DNA of 64,000 nucleotides from Escherichia coli (GTDB lineage Bacteria; Pseudomonadota; Gammaproteobacteria; Enterobacterales; Enterobacteriaceae): NCBI RefSeq assembly GCF_041248615.1, contig NZ_CP158426.1; one strand, 5' to 3'. Shown piece by piece: positions 58,320 to 64,000 of this stretch (position 1 is its first letter; each line of letters starts with the position of its first letter). The notes under the pieces were generated by a model. It saw only the letters and a program-made list of their open reading frames with translations, ran no database searches and was not told where the DNA came from. The position numbers and the translations under genes were made by a program.

Positions 58320-59312
58320 TTACAGCTCGCTCTCTTTGTGGAATCCGTCTTTAACTACCGTTTCTTTGATGTTGTTTTTATTCACATCGATCGGTGTCAG
58401 CAGGCGGGAGGGAACATCTTTCAGACCATTATTCAGTGTGGTATCTGCTTTTGGTTCCTGACCATTGCCCAACTCAACGGCAATTTCTGCGGCAGTATTT
58501 GCCAACAATGTAATAGGTTTATACACCGTCATAGTTTGCGTACCGGCAGCAATACGTTTAATACCTGCGAGATCCGCATCCTGGCCGGAAATTGCTACTT
58601 TCCCTGATAAACCTTGCGCGCTTAATGCCTGAATTGCCCCACCTGCGGTGGCATCGTTTGAGGCAACTACAGCATCAATTTTGTTATTATTGGCGGTTAG
58701 CGCGTTTTCCATAATTTTCAATGCGTTTTCCGGTAACCAGCCATCAACCCATTGGTCACCAACGACTTTAATTTTTCCGGAATCAACGTAAGGTTTTAAC
58801 ACTTTCATTTGCCCGGCGCGGAACAGCTTGGCGTTGTTATCTACCGGCGAGCCGCCCATCAGGAAGTAATTACCTTGCGGAACAATATCGACCAGGGCTT
58901 TTGCCTGCAGTTCACCGACTTTTTCGTTATCGAAAGAAATATAAAAATCGATATCCGCATCGTTAATCATACGGTCGTAAGCTAATACTTTAATACCTTC
59001 TTGTTTGGCTTCTTTTACAACGTTACTTAATACCTGACCGTTATACGGAATAATGACAAGAACATCGACGCCCCGGTTAATCATGTTTTCAATCTGCGAC
59101 ATTTGTGTTTCTTCATTGCCATTTGCAGACTGTACAAATACTTTCGCGCCGAGAGATTCTGCCTTTTTCACAAAAATATCTCGATCTTTTTGCCAGCGTT
59201 CAAGACGGAGATCATCAATCGCCATACCTATTTTGACTTCTTTGGCGTGTGCCGCAACGTTGGTAAGCAGAAGTGAGGTGCAAAGGGTGAGTAGAATGTT
59301 CTTTATTTTCAT
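58320..59312 (-). CDS. xylF: D-xylose ABC transporter periplasmic binding protein
   Basis: ORF 58320..59390; start at internal ATG giving MKIKNILLTLCTSLLLTNVAAHA… (330 aa, signal peptide). Confidence 0.95.
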   Translation of the reverse strand: MKIKNILLTLCTSLLLTNVAAHAKEVKIGMAIDDLRLERWQKDRDIFVKKAESLGAKVFVQSANGNEETQMSQIENMINRGVDVLVIIPYNGQVLSNVVKEAKQEGIKVLAYDRMINDADIDFYISFDNEKVGELQAKALVDIVPQGNYFLMGGSPVDNNAKLFRAGQMKVLKPYVDSGKIKVVGDQWVDGWLPENALKIMENALTANNNKIDAVVASNDATAGGAIQALSAQGLSGKVAISGQDADLAGIKRIAAGTQTMTVYKPITLLANTAAEIAVELGNGQEPKADTTLNNGLKDVPSRLLTPIDVNKNNIKETVVKDGFHKESEL

Positions 59313-59677
59313 GGTGTAGGGCCTTCTGTAGGTAGAGGACAGCTTTAATAAGTAACAATCACCGCGATAAACGTAACCAATTTTTAGCAACTAAACAGGG
59401 GAAAACAATTACAGATTTTTATCTTTCGATTACGATTTTTGGTTTATTTCTTGATTTATGACCGAGATCTTACTTTTGTTGCGCAATTGTACTTATTGCA
59501 TTTTTCTCTTCGAGGAATTACCCAGTTTCATCATTCCATTTTATTTTGCGAGCGAGCGCACACTTGTGAATTATCTCAATAGCAGTGTGAAATAACATAA
59601 TTGAGCAACTGAAAGGGAGTGCCCAATATTACGACATCATCCATCACCCGCGGCATTACCTGATTATGGAGTTCAAT
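59313..59677. promoter_or_regulatory. divergent xylA / xylF promoter region (XylR- and CRP-controlled intergenic region)
   Basis: 365-bp AT-rich divergent intergenic region between xylF and xylA; regulatory role is from established knowledge, individual sites not delimited. Confidence 0.6.
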
Positions 59678-61000
59678 ATGCAAGCCTATTTTGACCAGCT
59701 CGATCGCGTTCGTTATGAAGGCTCAAAATCCTCTAACCCGTTAGCATTCCATCACTACAATCCCGACGAACTGGTGTTGGGCAAGCGTATGGAAGAGCAC
59801 TTGCGTTTTGCCGCCTGCTACTGGCACACCTTCTGCTGGAACGGGGCGGACATGTTTGGTGTGGGGGCGTTTAATCGTCCGTGGCAGCAGCCTGGTGAGG
59901 CACTGGCGTTGGCGAAGCGTAAAGCAGATGTCGCATTTGAGTTTTTCCACAAGTTACATGTGCCATTTTATTGCTTCCACGATGTGGATGTTTCCCCTGA
60001 GGGCGCGTCGTTAAAAGAGTACATCAATAATTTTGCGCAAATGGTTGATGTCCTGGCAGGCAAGCAAGAAGAGAGCGGCGTGAAGCTGCTGTGGGGAACC
60101 GCTAACTGCTTTACAAACCCTCGCTACGGCGCGGGTGCGGCGACGAACCCAGATCCAGAAGTCTTTAGTTGGGCGGCAACTCAAGTTGTTACAGCGATGG
60201 AAGCAACCCATAAATTGGGCGGTGAAAACTATGTCCTGTGGGGCGGTCGTGAAGGTTACGAAACGCTGTTAAATACCGACTTGCGTCAGGAGCGTGAACA
60301 ACTGGGCCGCTTTATGCAAATGGTGGTTGAGCATAAACATAAAATCGGTTTCCAGGGTACGTTGCTTATCGAACCGAAACCGCAAGAACCGACTAAACAT
60401 CAATATGATTACGATGCTGCGACGGTGTATGGCTTCCTGAAACAGTTTGGTCTGGAAAAAGAGATTAAACTGAACATTGAAGCTAACCACGCGACGCTGG
60501 CAGGTCACTCTTTCCATCATGAAATAGCCACCGCCATTGCGCTTGGCCTGTTCGGTTCTGTCGACGCTAACCGTGGCGATGCACAACTGGGCTGGGACAC
60601 CGACCAGTTCCCGAACAGTGTGGAAGAGAATGCGTTGGTGATGTATGAAATTCTCAAAGCAGGCGGTTTCACCACCGGCGGTCTGAACTTCGATGCCAAA
60701 GTACGTCGTCAAAGTACTGATAAATATGATCTGTTTTACGGTCATATCGGCGCGATGGATACGATGGCGTTGGCGCTGAAAATTGCAGCACGCATGATTG
60801 AAGATGGCGAGCTGGATAAACGCATCGCGCAGCGTTATTCCGGCTGGAATAGCGAATTAGGCCAGCAAATCCTGAAAGGCCAAATGTCACTGGCAGATTT
60901 AGCCAAATATGCTCAGGAACACAATTTGTCTCCGGTGCATCAGAGTGGTCGCCAGGAGCAACTGGAAAATCTGGTAAACCATTATCTGTTCGACAAATAA
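59678..61000 (+). CDS. xylA: xylose isomerase
   Basis: ORF 59666..61000; start at ATG 59678 ([29 protein letters not shown]…, 440 aa) preceded by GGAG; xylose isomerase signature …FHDVD…. Confidence 0.97.
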   Translation: MQAYFDQLDRVRYEGSKSSNPLAFHHYNPDELVLGKRMEEHLRFAACYWHTFCWNGADMFGVGAFNRPWQQPGEALALAKRKADVAFEFFHKLHVPFYCFHDVDVSPEGASLKEYINNFAQMVDVLAGKQEESGVKLLWGTANCFTNPRYGAGAATNPDPEVFSWAATQVVTAMEATHKLGGENYVLWGGREGYETLLNTDLRQEREQLGRFMQMVVEHKHKIGFQGTLLIEPKPQEPTKHQYDYDAATVYGFLKQFGLEKEIKLNIEANHATLAGHSFHHEIATAIALGLFGSVDANRGDAQLGWDTDQFPNSVEENALVMYEILKAGGFTTGGLNFDAKVRRQSTDKYDLFYGHIGAMDTMALALKIAARMIEDGELDKRIAQRYSGWNSELGQQILKGQMSLADLAKYAQEHNLSPVHQSGRQEQLENLVNHYLFDK

Positions 61001-61071
61001 CGGCTAACTGTGCAGTCCGTTGGCCCGGTTATCGGTAGCGATACCGGGCATTTTTTTAAGGAACGATCGAT

Positions 61072-62526
61072 ATGTATATCGGGATAGATCTTGGCACCTC
61101 GGGCGTAAAAGTTATTTTGCTCAACGAGCAGGGCGAGGTGGTTGCTTCGCAAACGGAAAAGCTGACCGTTTCGCGCCCGCATCCACTCTGGTCGGAACAA
61201 GACCCGGAACAGTGGTGGCAGGCAACTGATCGCGCAATGAAAGCCCTGGGCGATCAGCATTCTCTGCAGGACGTTAAAGCATTGGGTATTGCCGGCCAGA
61301 TGCACGGTGCAACCTTACTGGATGCCCAGCAACGGTTATTACGCCCTGCCATTTTGTGGAACGACGGGCGCTGTGCGCAAGAGTGCACTTTGCTGGAAGC
61401 GCGAGTTCCGCAATCACGGGTGATTACCGGTAACCTGATGATGCCCGGATTTACTGCGCCTAAATTGCTATGGGTTCAGCGGCATGAGCCGGAGATATTC
61501 CGTCAAATCGACAAAGTATTGTTACCGAAAGATTACTTGCGTCTGCGTATGACGGGGGAGTTTGCCAGCGATATGTCTGACGCAGCTGGCACCATGTGGC
61601 TGGATGTCGCAAAGCGTGACTGGAGTGACGTCATGCTGCAGGCTTGCCACTTATCTCGTGACCAGATGCCCGCATTATACGAAGGCAGCGAAATTACTGG
61701 TGCTTTGTTACCTGAAGTTGCGAAAGCGTGGGGTATGGCGGCGGTGCCAGTTGTCGCAGGCGGTGGTGATAATGCAGCTGGTGCGGTTGGTGTAGGAATG
61801 GTTGATGCTAATCAGGCAATGTTATCGCTGGGGACGTCGGGGGTCTATTTTGCTGTCAGCGAAGGGTTCTTAAGCAAGCCAGAAAGCGCCGTACACAGCT
61901 TTTGCCATGCGCTACCGCAGCGTTGGCATTTAATGTCTGTAATGCTGAGTGCAGCGTCGTGTCTGGATTGGGCCGCGAAATTAACGGGCCTGAACAATGT
62001 CCCAGCTTTAATCGCGGCTGCTCAACAGGCTGATGAAAGTGCCGAGCCAGTTTGGTTTCTGCCTTATCTTTCCGGCGAGCGTACACCACACAATAATCCC
62101 CAGGCGAAGGGGGTTTTCTTTGGTTTGACTCATCAACATGGCCCCAATGAACTGGCGCGAGCAGTGCTGGAAGGCGTGGGTTATGCGCTGGCAGATGGCA
62201 TGGATGTCGTGCATGCCTGCGGCATTAAACCGCAAAGTGTTACGTTGATTGGTGGCGGGGCGCGTAGTGAGTACTGGCGTCAGATGCTGGCGGATATCAG
62301 CGGTCAGCGGCTCGATTACCGTACGGGGGGGGATGTGGGGCCAGCACTGGGCGCAGCAAGGCTGGCGCAGATTGCGGCGAATCCAGAGAAATCGCTCATT
62401 GAGTTGTTGCCGCAACTGCCGTTAGAACAGTCGCATCTACCAGATGCGCAACGTTATGCCGCTTATCAGCCACGACGTGAAACGTTCCGTCGCCTCTATC
62501 AGCAACTTCTGCCATTAATGGCGTAA
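61072..62526 (+). CDS. xylB: xylulokinase (FGGY family)
   Basis: 484-aa ORF MYIGIDLGTSGVKVILLNEQGEVVAS…. Confidence 0.96.
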   Translation: MYIGIDLGTSGVKVILLNEQGEVVASQTEKLTVSRPHPLWSEQDPEQWWQATDRAMKALGDQHSLQDVKALGIAGQMHGATLLDAQQRLLRPAILWNDGRCAQECTLLEARVPQSRVITGNLMMPGFTAPKLLWVQRHEPEIFRQIDKVLLPKDYLRLRMTGEFASDMSDAAGTMWLDVAKRDWSDVMLQACHLSRDQMPALYEGSEITGALLPEVAKAWGMAAVPVVAGGGDNAAGAVGVGMVDANQAMLSLGTSGVYFAVSEGFLSKPESAVHSFCHALPQRWHLMSVMLSAASCLDWAAKLTGLNNVPALIAAAQQADESAEPVWFLPYLSGERTPHNNPQAKGVFFGLTHQHGPNELARAVLEGVGYALADGMDVVHACGIKPQSVTLIGGGARSEYWRQMLADISGQRLDYRTGGDVGPALGAARLAQIAANPEKSLIELLPQLPLEQSHLPDAQRYAAYQPRRETFRRLYQQLLPLMA

Positions 62527-62693
62527 ACGTTATCCCCTGCCTGACCGGGTGGGGGATAATTCACATCTATATATATCAGTAATTAATTAATATTTAGTAT
62601 GAATTTATTCTGAAATCATTTGTTAATGGCATTTTTCAGTTTTGTCTTTCGTTGGTTACTCGTAATGTATCGCTGGTAGATATGGAGATCGTT

Positions 62694-63035
62694 ATGAAAA
62701 CCTCAAAGACTGTGGCAAAAATATTATTTGTTGTCGGGGCGCTGGTTTATCTGCTTGGGCTATGGATCTCATGCCCATTGTTAAGTGGAAAAGGCTATTT
62801 TCTTGGCGTGTTAATGACGGCAACTTTTGGCAACTATGCATATCTTCGCGCAGAAAAACTCGGGCAACTGGATGATTTTTTTACCCACATCTGCCAGTTA
62901 GTTGCGTTAATCACTATCGGTCTCTTGTTTATCGGTGTTTTAAACGCACCTATCAATGCTTATGAAATGGTGATCTACCCTATCGCCTTTTTTGTCTGCT
63001 TGTTTGGTCAAATGCGTTTGTTTCGCCCGGCATGA
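62694..63035 (+). CDS. yiaB: small inner-membrane protein YiaB
   Basis: ORF 62652..63035; start placed at ATG 62694 (MKTSKTVAKILFVVGALVYLLGLW…, 113 aa) preceded by GGAG; 4-TM small protein, paralogous in pattern to yiaA. Confidence 0.8.
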   Translation: MKTSKTVAKILFVVGALVYLLGLWISCPLLSGKGYFLGVLMTATFGNYAYLRAEKLGQLDDFFTHICQLVALITIGLLFIGVLNAPINAYEMVIYPIAFFVCLFGQMRLFRPA

Positions 63036-63080
63036 GCAACATAAAGCTCTTACACATTCAGGAATGAAAGGAATACTGTG

Positions 63081-63518
63081 ATGGACAACAAAATATCAAC
63101 CTATTCTCCGGCATTCAGTATTGTGTCATGGATAGCTCTCGTTGGTGGTATCGTTACCTATCTGTTAGGGCTATGGAATGCAGAGATGCAGTTAAATGAA
63201 AAAGGATATTATTTTGCCGTACTGGTATTAGGACTGTTTTCTGCGGCGTCTTATCAAAAGACCGTTCGGGACAAGTATGAAGGCATACCGACCACCTCCA
63301 TTTATTATATGACCTGCCTGACTGTCTTTATTATCTCTGTTGCGTTACTGATGGTAGGTCTGTGGAATGCGACGTTATTACTCAGCGAGAAAGGTTTTTA
63401 TGGACTGGCTTTCTTCTTAAGCTTGTTTGGTGCAGTAGCGGTGCAGAAGAATATTCGTGATGCCGGAATAAACCCACCAAAAGAAACACAGATTACCCAG
63501 GAAGAATACAGCGAATAA
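63081..63518 (+). CDS. yiaA: small inner-membrane protein YiaA
   Basis: ORF 63078..63518 ([24 protein letters not shown]…); 145/146 aa; internally duplicated YiaA/B two-helix motif. Confidence 0.8.
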   Translation: MDNKISTYSPAFSIVSWIALVGGIVTYLLGLWNAEMQLNEKGYYFAVLVLGLFSAASYQKTVRDKYEGIPTTSIYYMTCLTVFIISVALLMVGLWNATLLLSEKGFYGLAFFLSLFGAVAVQKNIRDAGINPPKETQITQEEYSE

Positions 63519-63525
63519 TTCACAT

Positions 63526-63560
63526 AAGCCCGGTCAGTCCAATGTGACCGGGCTTTTATT
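63526..63560 (+). terminator. rho-independent terminator downstream of yiaA
   Basis: Stem AGCCCGGTCA…TGACCGGGCT followed by TTTTATTT, 8 bp after the yiaA stop; abuts the convergent wecH 3' end. Confidence 0.6.
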
Positions 63561-64000
63561 TAACTCACTAGTCTGTTTCTGTCGATTCGTTGTACCAGCA
63601 TAGAAAGTAACAAACTCGCTGCCAACGTCGTGCAAAAGATCCAAATAATATCGAGTATTGGCCAGTTTTTAAGCTCAATCCCCCGGGTGCGCAGTGCATG
63701 GATAATCAAGGCGTGGAATCCGTATATACCCAACGAATGGCGGGAGATTAAGCCAAGTCCGCGAACAGTACGCGTATCAAGCGTGTTTTTAACCAGAGTC
63801 AATAGCGTGGTTGCGCAGATAAAAACCATCGGCCCACAGTAAAGATACCAGGTATCGGCAAAATTTCCGCGCCACTGCAATTCATATAATGTCCCGCGAG
63901 AGATAATAAAAACCCCCGTCGCAAACAGTGCGGCGCTCACCCACGACAGTGCTTTATGCTGTGTGTCCATCATCCCTATAGCGCGGCCCAACATGCCATA
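63560..64000 (-). CDS. wecH: O-acetyltransferase WecH (acyltransferase-3 family), C-terminal part; 5' end beyond the window
   Basis: Minus-strand ORF reaching the window edge; hydrophobic acyltransferase-3-like C-terminus; synteny after yiaA. Confidence 0.78.
   Translation of the reverse strand, partial: YGMLGRAIGMMDTQHKALSWVSAALFATGVFIISRGTLYELQWRGNFADTWYLYCGPMVFICATTLLTLVKNTLDTRTVRGLGLISRHSLGIYGFHALIIHALRTRGIELKNWPILDIIWIFCTTLAASLLLSMLVQRIDRNRLVS

Overview
The window is an Escherichia coli-type chromosomal segment running from cysE to wecH, through the trmL, lldDRP, mtlADR, yibIH, yibF, selAB, yiaY, aldB, sgbEUH-lyxK-yiaKLMNO, yiaJ, ysaA, avtA, malS, bax and xylRHGF/xylAB loci. Gene order matches what I recall for K-12, but three accessory segments stand out. 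(1) Between lldP and yibL sits a two-gene operon: an inner-membrane lipoprotein (SadB-like) followed by a 1439-aa YadA-family trimeric autotransporter adhesin (UpaG/EhaG/SadA-like) with internal ~300-bp tandem repeats. (2) Between yibH and yibF lies an rhs polymorphic-toxin locus. The rhs ORF is split into three pieces by an IS3-family element (1432 bp, 3-bp direct repeat GGT) and an IS21-family element (~2.55 kb, apparent 4-bp direct repeat TGAA); removing each insertion restores one continuous frame. The C-terminal tip carries an HExxH zinc-metallopeptidase-like toxin domain with a small downstream candidate immunity gene, followed by an AT-rich orphan module (a short ORF with an L,D-transpeptidase-like H...S-x-G-C motif plus a signal-peptide protein). 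This is the most interesting candidate system in the window. (3) Between aldB and sgbE, where I recall K-12 carrying yiaT-yiaW, there is instead a HicA/HicB toxin-antitoxin pair and an AraC-family regulator divergent from a GPH-family sugar symporter and a GH127 (beta-L-arabinofuranosidase-like, CACCPPN motif) glycosidase. No rRNA, tRNA or CRISPR arrays were recognised. All identifications rest on reading the six-frame translations and the DNA by eye; no database searches were run.
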